A stretch of 64,000 nt of DNA from a virus (lineage: Duplodnaviria > Caudoviricetes): positions 1 through 64,000 of IMG/VR virus record IMGVR_UViG_3300011517_000006; one strand, written 5' to 3'. Shown here piece after piece: positions 43,934 to 53,073 of the stretch. A program made the position numbers and the translations under genes. The notes under the pieces are model-generated. The model had not been told where the DNA came from. It did no database searches and saw only the letters and a program-made list of their open reading frames with translations. The number at the start of each line of letters is the position of its first letter. The stretch's first letter is position 1.

Positions 43934-44379
43934 TGGACGGCGCGACCTTCCCCTCCGTCCAGCCCGCGCCCGACCTCGCCGCCGCCGAGCCGCCCGCCCG
44001 CCTGAACCGGCGCCAGGCCGCCAAGCGCAGAACGCGTCAGCGCGTCCTCGCCGCCGCGACCGACCTGTTCAACGACGTCGGCTACGCCAAGGGCACCATC
44101 CGGGCCATCGCCAAGCGCGCCGGCATGTCCACCGGCGCCGTCTTCGCCAACTTCATCGACAAGGACGACCTCTACGTCGCCGCCTTCGGCCACCCGCCGC
44201 TGACGCCCGAACAGGGCCTCCGCCTGGCCGCCGCTCTGCGCGAGGCCGAAGCTTTCATCCGCGGCTTCGACGACGACCCTCTGCAGGAAGGCGTTCCTGA
44301 GCTGCTGCAGGCCATCAAGGCGGTCGTGCCCCCTCCGCCGCCCGCACCGGCTCAGGCGACGGGAGGCGCCGATGCATGA
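43933..44379 (+). CDS. TetR-type HTH protein
   Basis: RVLAAATDLF..VGYAKGTIRAIAKRAGMSTGAVFANF.DKDDL. Confidence 0.85.
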   Translation: MDGATFPSVQPAPDLAAAEPPARLNRRQAAKRRTRQRVLAAATDLFNDVGYAKGTIRAIAKRAGMSTGAVFANFIDKDDLYVAAFGHPPLTPEQGLRLAAALREAEAFIRGFDDDPLQEGVPELLQAIKAVVPPPPPAPAQATGGADA

Positions 44380-44737
44380 CCGCCTGCCTGGGCTACGCGC
44401 TCTCGATCATTCACACGGCCCTGATGCGCCTGCTCGGCCGCCGGCGCCTGCTCTGACGGCATCGCCCCCGCCCCCGGCCTATGTGGACCGGGGCTACCAT
44501 CCCGGCGGCCGCTGGGAGCGGATCCTGCGCGCCATCCACGATCAGCCGCTGACCGAGACCGAGATCCTGCGCGCCGTCCACGACGGCCGCTACCCGCGCC
44601 GGATCGAGCGCCGCAAGATTCACGCCGCCCTGATCGCCATGACCCGTCAGGGCCTGACGGCGCGCCTGCCGGGTCGCCCGCCCGCCTTCACCGCCACCGC
44701 GCACGGCGTGCGCGTCCTGCATGGAGAGGCCGCGTGA
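44372..44737 (+). CDS. Hypothetical winged-helix-like protein
   Basis: ILRAIHDQPLTETEIL...MTRQGL..R....FTATAHG pattern. Confidence 0.55.
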   Translation: MHDRLPGLRALDHSHGPDAPARPPAPALTASPPPPAYVDRGYHPGGRWERILRAIHDQPLTETEILRAVHDGRYPRRIERRKIHAALIAMTRQGLTARLPGRPPAFTATAHGVRVLHGEAA

Positions 44738-44886
44738 CGCCGCACCTCGATCCCATCCCCGACCGTCATCCGCGCCTGATCGTCTGGTGCGGATGGTTCC
44801 GCCGCGCCGGCTGGTCCGTCCGCGACATCGCCAAGCTCTTCAACATCTCGATCGGCGAGCTGATCGAAGCCGGAGTCGAACCATGA
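44734..44886 (+). CDS. 50-aa small HTH protein (not in the ORF track)
   Basis: GWSVRDIAKLFNIS; GTGA and ATGA coupling on both sides. Confidence 0.6.
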   Translation: MTPHLDPIPDRHPRLIVWCGWFRRAGWSVRDIAKLFNISIGELIEAGVEP

Positions 44887-46618
44887 CCAAGGTCACCCCC
44901 AACGGGCCCGGCGCGCGCCCGCTCGCTCAGCTCAAGCGTTTCCGCGCGCTGGAAGACATCCTGATGGGCTTCTCTGACGGCGTCGACGGCGACCGCCTTC
45001 AGGCCGGGCTCACATGGGCCAAGACCGGCCGCGCCGATTGGCGGCGTCAGGACCTGATCAGCCTCTTCGCCGCCCCGTGGGTCGCAGCCCAGGAAGAGGC
45101 GGGCTGGGAAGGCAACCCCACCCTCCAGGGCGAAATGGAGCTGGACGAGATCACGGCCGCCGCCCTGCAATCGGATTCCAGCGAAGACTTCGTCGCCAAG
45201 CGCGAGGCCGGGGAGATCGACCTTTACGACGATAAGGTGCAGGCGGGCATCGCTTGGACGATGCGTCAGTGGGGCGAAGCGCTGGGCCTCAAGGCGTGGA
45301 CGCAAGGAGATGGGTCGGAGAGCGTCGAGGGCGACGTTGGCGCGGAAATCCACACCATCCTGGTCGATGCGGGGCTACGTGACCCTGAGACGAACAAAAT
45401 GGCCGCCCTCCGCGTCCAGCCGCAAGCCTCGGCCAACGACCAGCTGACGGCGGATGAGGCGTGGTCGGACCTTCTCGACAAGGACGACCGCACCTCGCCG
45501 GAAGACCAACCGGGAATGTGCCTGATCACTGCTGGCGAACTGGCGGATTACATGGCCCGCGCCCGGCCGCAGCCGGTGGCTCTGCCGCTGGAAGACGCCC
45601 CTCGCGACGGAACGATGTTGCGCCTGCGCGTCCGCTACGAGGCGGCCAATCAGGATGAGGCCTGGACCCCGCTAGAAGACAGCGAGGAAAGCTGGACTAT
45701 CGGCTTCAACAACTTCGACAACACGGGCGATGACCGCTGGCAGTTTGTCGGTTGGGACTGGTCGCAAGACCACCTGTTGGAAGCCACAGGAGGCGCCGTC
45801 ATCGGCTGGCTTCCCTTCCACACCCACCCCGCCCCCGCGCCGGAAGGCGGGGCGGTGGATGGCTGGCGGGCCATCGACAGCGCCCCGATTGGCGAGCTTG
45901 TGCAGGTCTATTGGCCTTGCATGGCCCTCAACGACGATGGCGAACTCACCGGCGAGATGCTTGACCGCGAGGGCCACGTCAGCCTGTCGTTCCGGCATTC
46001 TGAAAAGCACGGCTGGGAACCTGACAGTGTGATCGAGGCCAACGGCGATGGTTTGGTGACGACTTCGAGTTCGGTCAGCCGACCCATTGGAAGCCGCGCC
46101 CCTCTCGTCCTTGCACCGCCCTCGCCACCCGCGAGGAAGCCCCGGCAGAGGCGGGGGATAGAGTGGTCCTATCACGCGACACAGTTGAACGACTTCTGGC
46201 CTGCGCGGATACGATGATGCCTCTGTCTCCCTTGGTGGAGCGCCTGCAAGAAGCCCTCCGCGCCCAGCCGCCAGCCCGCGAGGATGCGCAGCCGGTGGCG
46301 TATTGCTGCCTAGAACATTTGACCCGGATCAGGCGACAGGCTGAAGCCCGCGGAGAGGCATCGTCGGTTATCTACGGTTATCCGGCCGGCACATATCAGA
46401 CGCCCCTTTACACCCACCCCGCCCCCGACGCGCTGCGGGTCGCCATGGAGGCGTTGGAGCCGTTCGCAAAGGGCGGACACCATCGGACCATGCCCGGTCT
46501 CTCGCCGTCCTACACGGTCGCCGACTTTGGAGATGGCGTAGTCGTCACTGTGGCCGACTTCCGCCGCGCCGCCGAAGCCTTCGCCGCCCTGCAAGCCGAA
46601 CAGAAAGGCGGTGCGTGA
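44883..46618 (+). pseudogene. Mosaic DUF551-like protein split by a 1-nt frameshift near 46049
   Basis: The frame changes mid-module: ...VIEANG in one frame continues as WFGDDFEFGQPTHWKPRP in the frame of the 46163-46618 ORF. Confidence 0.6.
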
Positions 46619-46875
46619 TGGCTGATCCTGACTATGAATACGACGACCGGGACGAAGGCGTGACCTGCCCGCGATGCATGGGCGATGGATCGGTGTCCTG
46701 CCATTGCGGCGGCGACCTGTGCGTCTGCGACAACTACGGCGAGCGCGATTGTCCGGTGTGCTTCGGAGAGGGCGAGGTATCGCCGGAGCGCGAGGCCCAA
46801 TACCTCAAAGCCGAAGGTGAGGCGATGGCGGCCATCCGAGCGGCATGGCCCGCCTCGTCGGAGCCTCAACAATGA
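46615..46875 (+). CDS. Cys-rich zinc-finger protein (DnaJ-type CxxCxGxG repeats)
   Basis: CPRCMGDG and CPVCFGEG. Confidence 0.72.
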   Translation: MMADPDYEYDDRDEGVTCPRCMGDGSVSCHCGGDLCVCDNYGERDCPVCFGEGEVSPEREAQYLKAEGEAMAAIRAAWPASSEPQQ

Positions 46876-47090
46876 GGATCATCGAGAAGAAGCGCGGCTA
46901 TTTTCGCGGCACGCACAAGGGCTGCACGATCGAGATCGAGCGCGACCGCACGTCAGGCGATGACCGGTGTAAGTTCTACATCACCGTTCAGGGCGCCGAC
47001 GGCTGCTACCGTTACGACGGCTGGAGCCCTGAAGGCGTCGAGACCATGGCCCAGGCCAAGCGGGAAGCGATCCGGGGGGCGTGCCTGTGA
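46872..47090 (+). CDS. Hypothetical phage protein
   Basis: ATGA coupling. Confidence 0.6.
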   Translation: MRIIEKKRGYFRGTHKGCTIEIERDRTSGDDRCKFYITVQGADGCYRYDGWSPEGVETMAQAKREAIRGACL

Positions 47091-47524
47091 CCCAGACCGA
47101 CCGCCTTGACGCCGACATCGAGCCCCTCTGGAACCTCTACGAGGTCACCGTCACCGCAGGCGACTACGTGGCGACCTCGACCCTCTCGGCCGCCACCCGA
47201 TCGCGCGCCGTCTACCAGGCTTTCCTCGACTACAGCGACGTCTGGACCGTCAGCTTCCGCGACTTCCTGTCCATGGTCCGGGTGCGGCGGGTCAGCAGCT
47301 GCGCCTATGACGGCTATGCCTATGTCCGCTGCGCCTATGGCGTCGATCCGCGCATCGGCGCCGAGGTCGAGCTGATCAACGGAGGCGACTGGACGGGCAA
47401 GCGCGGCCAGGTCGTTCACCCCGGCAAGTCGTCCACTGCCTACGTCTACGTCGCCTTCGCCGGCATTCGGCACGCCGTGCCCTGCCACCCGCGCAGCATC
47501 CGCATGATCGAGGCCTCGGCATGA
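47087..47524 (+). CDS. Hypothetical phage protein
   Basis: GTGA coupling; KOW/SH3-like C-terminus. Confidence 0.6.
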   Translation: MTQTDRLDADIEPLWNLYEVTVTAGDYVATSTLSAATRSRAVYQAFLDYSDVWTVSFRDFLSMVRVRRVSSCAYDGYAYVRCAYGVDPRIGAEVELINGGDWTGKRGQVVHPGKSSTAYVYVAFAGIRHAVPCHPRSIRMIEASA

Positions 47525-47817
47525 ACGGCGATGATGACGACGGCGCCCTGGCCGACCACGACGAGGGCTTCAACGACGACGGCCCGACGCTCCGCACCCT
47601 GGCCGCCGCGATCCAGTGTTGGTCGATCACCAATCTGTCCGCCCGGGTTCGCGACGTGGGCTGGAAGGCGGCCGTGGGCCCGACCCTGGGCGAGGCGGCC
47701 CTCGCCTTCGCCCTGCCTGTCGAGCGCATCAAGGCCGCCGTCGAATGGCACTACTGGATGTTCCTGACCGGCGACGGCGCCGACGCCGACCTGGTCATCG
47801 AGCATGAGGGGGAGTGA
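47521..47817 (+). CDS. Hypothetical phage protein
   Basis: ATGA coupling; typical codon usage. Confidence 0.65.
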   Translation: MNGDDDDGALADHDEGFNDDGPTLRTLAAAIQCWSITNLSARVRDVGWKAAVGPTLGEAALAFALPVERIKAAVEWHYWMFLTGDGADADLVIEHEGE

Positions 47818-47826
47818 ACCTTAGTC

Positions 47827-47997
47827 ATGGCCCCCGCTCCTCGCCGCGTCAGCGAAGCGATCGAGCCCCCTTCCGGCGGGCTCGATCCCGCCCTGCTGCG
47901 CATCATTCAGGCCATGGCCCGTGCGGATGCGCGCCGCGACTTCCAGGCCGCCAGCGCCGCCCCCTTGCCGACCGACAGGCTCGCGAGTCACGATTAG
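47827..47997 (+). CDS. 56-aa protein, last gene of the early operon (RDF candidate)
   Basis: LDPALLRIIQAMARADARRD helix; upstream of the serine integrase; function is inference. Confidence 0.4.
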   Translation: MAPAPRRVSEAIEPPSGGLDPALLRIIQAMARADARRDFQAASAAPLPTDRLASHD

Positions 47998-48401
47998 CGC
48001 CACGGCCACGGCGACGATCGCCGCCGCCACAATGGCCAGGGCGAACAACCCGACGCCGTTCGAGACTTCCAGATCGAGGGTGTGATGCAGTTTCACGACG
48101 ACAATTCCTCAGCGATGACGCCGCCAGTCTCGACCCGTTCGAGATCCGGCAACGCGCTGATCGTCACACCGCCCTCGAGGGGGGCGGACGCTCAACGCAC
48201 GCTCAGCCTGTCGTCACGACATGGATTCCAACAATGCACCGTCTTTGTGGGGGCCGCACCGCACAAAAGGCCAAGCGACCAGACTATGCGACCAGTGAGT
48301 TACGGCTGTTTAACCGGCCTTAGGGTCAGGCCCGTCCCGCACCATAAGACGCGGGCAGGGGCTCACATCGCCGATCGCGCCCATCGGGAGGGCGGACGGC
48401 C

Positions 48402-50030
48402 GTGATCCGCGTCGCCCTTTACGCTCGCTACAGCTCGGACCGACAGAACGAGCGCTCGATCTCCGATCAGTTGAGCCTCCTGATCCAGCACGCCGGCGCC
48501 AAGGGCTGGGCCGTCGTCGGCACCTACACCGACGCCGCCATTTCCGGCTCGGCCATGGCGAATCGCCCCGGGCTTCTCGCAGCGCTCGCTGCGGCCGAAC
48601 GGGGCGAGTTCGACCTGCTGCTGGCGGAAGACGAAGACCGTCTCGCCCGCAACCTGGAACACTTGGCGCACGTGGCCAACCGCCTGGCCGACATCGGCGC
48701 CGGCATCGCCACCCTGTCGACGGACCGGGTCCAGGACATGCACGTCGCCTTCAAGGGGCTCATCGCTCAGGACTTCATTCGCAACCTCAGCATGAAGACC
48801 AAGCGCGGTATGGCCTCCAATGCGGAGAAGGGGCTCGCGACCGGCTCGCGCCTTTACGGCTATCGCTCCCAGCCCGGCGGCGCGGTCGAGATTGTGCCCG
48901 ACCAGGCCGAGGTGGTCCGGCGCATCTTCTCCATGTACGTCAACGATCGCATGTCCTCGCGCGAGATCGCTGAACGCCTCAACCGCGACAGGATACCCTC
49001 TCCGGCCGGCCGGGAATGGAACGCCTCATCCATTCAGGGCTCGCGCCAGCGCGCCAACGGCATCCTGCACAGCGAGATCTACGCCGGCGTAAAGGTCTAC
49101 AACCGCGTCGAGATGCGAAAGGACCGCCAGACGGGGCGTAAGATCACGATCTGCAAGCCGCCCAGCGAGCACAAGCGCATCGACGTCCCCCACCTGGCCA
49201 TCATCGACCAGGACCTGTGGAACGCCGCCCGGCAGCGCCTGGACAGCCGGCAGACGGCCGACCCTTCGCAGCGCGCAAGCCTGCGGCGGCGCCCGGGCCT
49301 GCTGTCCGGGCTGACCAAGTGCGGCTGCTGCGGGGCGTCCTACACCTCACTCAGCCAGGGGCGCCTGGTCTGCGCCGCCTATCGTGAGAAGGGCGTGTCC
49401 GCCTGCAATAACAACCGCCACGTCAAGCGCGCCGAGATCGAGCAGCGCGTGCTGGACGGCCTGCGCACGCGGCTGCTGGCCCCCGAGGCCATCGCCGCCT
49501 ACGTCCGCGCCTATCACGCCGCCTGGGCCGAGCAGGCCGCCCAGGTCGAAGACCGCCGCCGCCCTCTGACGCGGCGGCTGGCCGAGGTCGAGCGCGCGAT
49601 CGAGCGCGGGGCCGAAGCCCTGCTCTCCGGTGCGACGGCGGCCGCCGTCATCGGCAAGAAGCTCGAAGCCCTCGAAATCGAACAGGCCCAGCTCAAGGCG
49701 ACCCTTGAACAGCTCGACGCTGAAGGCGCGCCGCCCGTGCAGCTGCACCCGCGCGCGGCCGAGAACTACGCCCGCAAGATCGAGCAGCTCCAGGCGCGCC
49801 TGGCCGAGGCGGCCGGCAGCACCGACGACGCGGACAGAGACCTGATCGGCAGCGTCAGGGGCCTGATCCAGAAGGTGGACATCGAGCCGATCAACAAATC
49901 GAGAGGATCGCCGGTGCGGGTCACCTTGCACGGTGACCTCGCCCGGTTCGTTCTCCCGCAACACCCACCAGCTAGTGGGTGTGCGTTGGTGGTTGGAGGC
50001 GGGATCGAACCGCCGACCTGTGGGTTATGA
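48402..50030 (+). CDS. int: Large serine recombinase (integrase of prophage 1)
   Basis: ALYARYSS catalytic Ser, DRLAR, recombinase domain, LLSGLTKCGCCG zinc ribbon, coiled coil; 3' end runs through the att core. Confidence 0.95.
   Translation: MIRVALYARYSSDRQNERSISDQLSLLIQHAGAKGWAVVGTYTDAAISGSAMANRPGLLAALAAAERGEFDLLLAEDEDRLARNLEHLAHVANRLADIGAGIATLSTDRVQDMHVAFKGLIAQDFIRNLSMKTKRGMASNAEKGLATGSRLYGYRSQPGGAVEIVPDQAEVVRRIFSMYVNDRMSSREIAERLNRDRIPSPAGREWNASSIQGSRQRANGILHSEIYAGVKVYNRVEMRKDRQTGRKITICKPPSEHKRIDVPHLAIIDQDLWNAARQRLDSRQTADPSQRASLRRRPGLLSGLTKCGCCGASYTSLSQGRLVCAAYREKGVSACNNNRHVKRAEIEQRVLDGLRTRLLAPEAIAAYVRAYHAAWAEQAAQVEDRRRPLTRRLAEVERAIERGAEALLSGATAAAVIGKKLEALEIEQAQLKATLEQLDAEGAPPVQLHPRAAENYARKIEQLQARLAEAAGSTDDADRDLIGSVRGLIQKVDIEPINKSRGSPVRVTLHGDLARFVLPQHPPASGCALVVGGGIEPPTCGL
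49975..50002. repeat. Right att junction of prophage 1
   Basis: attP arm GTGGGTGTGCGT followed by the 16-bp core shared with 1594-1609. Confidence 0.92.
49987..50030 (-). tRNA. 3' half of a tRNA with CAT anticodon (Met or Ile2); att fragment of prophage 2
   Basis: TCATAA-CCCAC-AGGTC-GGCGG-TTCGATC-CCGCC-TCCAACC-A-CCA; the 5' half is absent. Confidence 0.9.
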
Positions 50031-51203
50031 AGCCGCCGCGCCCGACCCCTTAGACGATTGTTCTTCCTCGCCCTTTTCCGGACCCTTGGGCGATGCTCCG
50101 GGACTATTCCGGGAGAGCGCCGCAAGCCCGGCTTTCACGTCGTCCTCGATCGCGTGGGCGTAAACCATCGTCGACTTGATGTCGGCATGGCCCAGGAGGC
50201 GCTGCGCCAGACGAAGGTTGCCGGTCTCCCGCAGGATCTGCATGCCGCTGTGGTGGCGCAGGTCGTGGATGCCCCGCAGGCCCTTGGCGTCCTTCAGCCC
50301 GGATCGCTTCATCGCCCGGCGCATGGCGATAGCGGCTCCAGAGGGCTTGAGCGCCTTCAGGATGACCTTCCCGGCCGGCCCGCGTAGGCGCCGCTCGCGA
50401 TACCAGACCGTTTCCAGCTTCGCGGCACGCGCCCGGCCAAGACGAGCCGATAGCATCGCCGCATCCTCGGGCAGCAGGGGGATGACGTGATCGTCGCCGC
50501 CCTTCCGATCTCGAAGGCGGACGCGGGCGTTGTTGATGTCGGCCACGTCGAGGTCGTCGAGCGAGAAGAACAGCTCCGACAGTCGACAGCCGTAGCGGGC
50601 GGCGAAGCGGATCAGGTCGTGCCAGTGGGGCAGAACCTCGGCCTCGACCCGCTCCAGCTCATCCCCGACGAGCTCCTTGGGCCGGGGCTTAGGCTCCTTG
50701 AGGCGCAGGGCCTCCCAGTCGATCTCCGGAAGCCTGGCGCCCCATGCCTTCCGTGCGCGGTTCAGGATCGGCCGGAGGGTGTCGATCATGTCCCGGTTCA
50801 CCGTCGAGTTCGACGGCAGGTATTCCTTCGCCCCCTTGGCCTTGGACTTCACGATGCCCTGGCCGCGGCGTCGCTCGATGGCGGTGGCGATGTGGTTGGT
50901 GGTGATGTCGCAGATGCGTGTCCCTGCCCCCACGACGGCCATCATGCGCTCGATCCGGGCTTCCAGACGGGCGCCGCCCTTCAGCGTCGTGCCGCGCTCG
51001 GCCCACCAACGGCCGGCGGCCTCGTCCAGGGTCATCTGCGAGGCGTCATCCAGTTCGCCCGTCGCCGCCTTGGTGCGGATGCGGCGTTCGACCTCCTCGG
51101 CCTTGCGCTTCGTCTCCACGCCGGTCGAGCCGTGGTAGCGCCTGCCCTTGTATTGGAAGTCGTAGGCCCAGTACCGGCTGTTCTTCGGCAGGTAGACGGA
51201 CAT
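50025..51203 (-). CDS. int: Tyrosine integrase of prophage 2
   Basis: YGCRLSEL, K(GG), HDLRH, LGH and Y catalytic set; N-terminal YDFQYKGRRY arm-binding-like segment. Confidence 0.93.
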   Translation of the reverse strand: MSVYLPKNSRYWAYDFQYKGRRYHGSTGVETKRKAEEVERRIRTKAATGELDDASQMTLDEAAGRWWAERGTTLKGGARLEARIERMMAVVGAGTRICDITTNHIATAIERRRGQGIVKSKAKGAKEYLPSNSTVNRDMIDTLRPILNRARKAWGARLPEIDWEALRLKEPKPRPKELVGDELERVEAEVLPHWHDLIRFAARYGCRLSELFFSLDDLDVADINNARVRLRDRKGGDDHVIPLLPEDAAMLSARLGRARAAKLETVWYRERRLRGPAGKVILKALKPSGAAIAMRRAMKRSGLKDAKGLRGIHDLRHHSGMQILRETGNLRLAQRLLGHADIKSTMVYAHAIEDDVKAGLAALSRNSPGASPKGPEKGEEEQSSKGSGAAAS

Positions 51204-51496
51204 CAGGGATCGACGCGATAGACGCGCGCACTAGGTAGGCCTGGAGGGCAAACCTTGTCCTCGATCCTGTAGATCGCCTCGCGCAAGGGCTGGACAGGAT
51301 CGGTGGCGTTCAGGATCTTGGCGACCGGAACGACTTCCTCTGCGAGCTTCTCCTCGCCGGTGCCGGGAGGCGGGTAGCCGCCTTCAATGATCACTGCTTC
51401 GGCGGTTCGACGGACGGGCCTAAAAGCTACGGCAGAATCCTTCATCTGGAACTCAGCGTCGTATATCGCGCCCTGGATAAGTTGGTCGTCGGTCAT
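51203..51496 (-). CDS. Hypothetical protein
   Basis: GGAGG-like SD; TGATG coupling to int. Confidence 0.55.
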   Translation of the reverse strand: MTDDQLIQGAIYDAEFQMKDSAVAFRPVRRTAEAVIIEGGYPPPGTGEEKLAEEVVPVAKILNATDPVQPLREAIYRIEDKVCPPGLPSARVYRVDP

Positions 51497-51509
51497 GTCC
51501 CTCAGCCTC

Positions 51510-51836
51510 CTAGCGTCCGGCCGTCTTCTTGCGCTGGCTGAACGGCACGACCTTGCTCTGGACGTGAACCGTCGGCCTCGGCTTCTCCTCGCGGACCGGG
51601 GCGTCAGCCTGCGTCAGATAACAGCGTATGTCACCCTCGGTGTAAGCGCGCCGCGCGCCGCGACGGACAGCACGGATCACGCCCTCCTCGGTCAGTTCGC
51701 GCAAGGTTCCGGCATCCATGCCCAGCAGCTTGGCGGCGGCCTGGGCGGTGATGATGCAGGCGTCAGCGAACGCCATCTGGATACGGCGCTCGGTGGCGGG
51801 GCCGATGGTGGCGACAGCGTCGTTAGCTGCGGTCAT
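51510..51836 (-). CDS. xis: Excisionase-like HTH protein
   Basis: ITAQAAAKLLGMDAGTLRELTEEGVI.AVRRG.RR.Y; close to int. Confidence 0.75.
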   Translation of the reverse strand: MTAANDAVATIGPATERRIQMAFADACIITAQAAAKLLGMDAGTLRELTEEGVIRAVRRGARRAYTEGDIRCYLTQADAPVREEKPRPTVHVQSKVVPFSQRKKTAGR

Positions 51837-52090
51837 GGTGCCCCCCTTGTCAGGAAATAGAGGCGGGCGGACGAAGGGCCGTCAAAGGTCTCGTCCTCAG
51901 CAATGCGCTTGATCAGCCCCTCGGCCTGAGAGAGCCGGGCCAGAACGGTGTTGATGGCCGCCTCATCTTCGCGGCGCGCGCGGGCTTCGGCGGGCGTCTT
52001 CGACTTCGTCGACATAGCGCCGAACCAGATCGCCATCCGGCCCAGACGCTGGACGGCGAGGGCGAGTTTGTCGTTTGCGACGGTGGTCAT
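51833..52090 (-). CDS. Hypothetical phage protein
   Basis: ATGA coupling. Confidence 0.6.
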   Translation of the reverse strand: MTTVANDKLALAVQRLGRMAIWFGAMSTKSKTPAEARARREDEAAINTVLARLSQAEGLIKRIAEDETFDGPSSARLYFLTRGAP

Positions 52091-52476
52091 TTCAGCACCT
52101 GATCGATCCAGGCGCTGACGTGCGCGGTCACGATCACCGCATCGCCGCCCGCCTCAACGCTGTTGCTGACCAGCAGGGCAATGTCTTTGTCGAAGCTCGG
52201 CTCTTCGGGGCGCAGGGCTGCGATGGCCGCGCGGGCGATCCTGATAGTGTCCGAAACCTGCTGCAGCATGCCGGGGTTGGTCTCGGCGTTCTCATAGGCG
52301 ACGTCGACGAACTGCTGCCAGGTCGGGTAGCCCGGCACTTCGTCTCCATCGACGTTGTGGATCACCGCGCAGACCCGCTCGATCACGTCGAAGCTGGCGC
52401 GCTCTTCCGGCGTCATGTTGTCGTTGCGGTGTTCGGGTGCGCTGGGCTTTCCGCCCTCGATGACGCGGAAAGTCAT
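52087..52476 (-). CDS. Hypothetical phage protein
   Basis: MTFRVIEGGK start motif; ATGA coupling. Confidence 0.62.
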   Translation of the reverse strand: MTFRVIEGGKPSAPEHRNDNMTPEERASFDVIERVCAVIHNVDGDEVPGYPTWQQFVDVAYENAETNPGMLQQVSDTIRIARAAIAALRPEEPSFDKDIALLVSNSVEAGGDAVIVTAHVSAWIDQVLK

Positions 52477-52592
52477 GGCTTCCATCCTTGGCGGGTGTTG
52501 TGAAACTGGCCGCAGCGGCGGCAGGAGCCCCACAGGGCGCCGGGGCTGAGCGGGACGTGGCCGAGGAAGAAGCAGAGGAGCTGCCGAATCAT
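52473..52592 (-). CDS. 39-aa Cys/His zinc-finger-like protein (not in the ORF track)
   Basis: MIRQLLCFFLGH...SCRRCGQF; ATGA coupling on both sides. Confidence 0.62.
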   Translation of the reverse strand: MIRQLLCFFLGHVPLSPGALWGSCRRCGQFHNTRQGWKP

Positions 52593-52948
52593 CGCGTAGC
52601 GGCCTTGATGATGGCGTAGGTGCGCGGGCACTCTCGCGCGCCCCAGCGATTAATCGCTCCGTTCATCTGCTCCTCCTTGAAGGCAGCAGTCGCTTCATCC
52701 CAAACGCGCGCCAGCCGAGCCCAGATCACATCGTTTTGGCCGAGCCGATCAACCGCCTCTCGCGCCTCTGGCGCTGCCAAGACAAGCCGGTAGCAGCGTC
52801 CAAAGTCGCTGGTGTCGCGAGGATGATGGGGGTTGCGGACTGCGATGCCGCACGTCTCGCGGGCGAGGTCCTTGGACGATAGGCCCACGTCGTCGCTGAG
52901 CGCCCATAGGGCAACTGCAGCCTGTATCTCACGGAGCGATCTGGTCAT
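52589..52948 (-). CDS. Conserved-looking hypothetical phage protein
   Basis: HPRDTSDFGRCYRL motif. Confidence 0.68.
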   Translation of the reverse strand: MTRSLREIQAAVALWALSDDVGLSSKDLARETCGIAVRNPHHPRDTSDFGRCYRLVLAAPEAREAVDRLGQNDVIWARLARVWDEATAAFKEEQMNGAINRWGARECPRTYAIIKAATR

Positions 52949-53073
52949 GCGGAGAGCCTCAGCAGGAGTTCGCAGAAGCCCATGCTCCCGACGCCGATGG
53001 CGCCGCCCAGCACGATGAGCTTCCAGATGGGGGTGTTGTGGTGGGCTGGGTTCGACCAGGAGCGGCGGATCAC
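52945..53073 (-). CDS. 42-aa single-TM protein
   Basis: IWKLIVLGGAIGVGSMGFCELLL; GTGA and ATGA coupling. Confidence 0.5.
   Translation of the reverse strand: MIRRSWSNPAHHNTPIWKLIVLGGAIGVGSMGFCELLLRLSA

Larger units (their letters stand above)
1594..50002. mobile_element. Prophage 1, apparently complete lambda-like siphovirus integrated by a large serine recombinase into the 3' end of a tRNA(CAT)
   Basis: 16-bp direct repeat at both ends; integrase, immunity, replication, head, tail and lysis modules all lie between them. Confidence 0.93.

Noticed and set aside
47821-48096. Minus-strand membrane protein ORF
   Set aside because: It overlaps the plus-strand 47827-47997 ORF antisense and has no clear SD; the two cannot be decided between from sequence alone, so it was not listed.
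48295-48325. Possible CtrA box near TTAA upstream of the serine integrase
   Set aside because: The half-sites are spaced N6 and degenerate. The other TTAA occurrences checked also lack a partner at N7.
49987-50060. Complete functional tRNA gene
   Set aside because: The sequence 5' of the anticodon loop (GCGGC) cannot pair with CCCAC, and there is no D-arm or 5' acceptor strand; it is only an att fragment.
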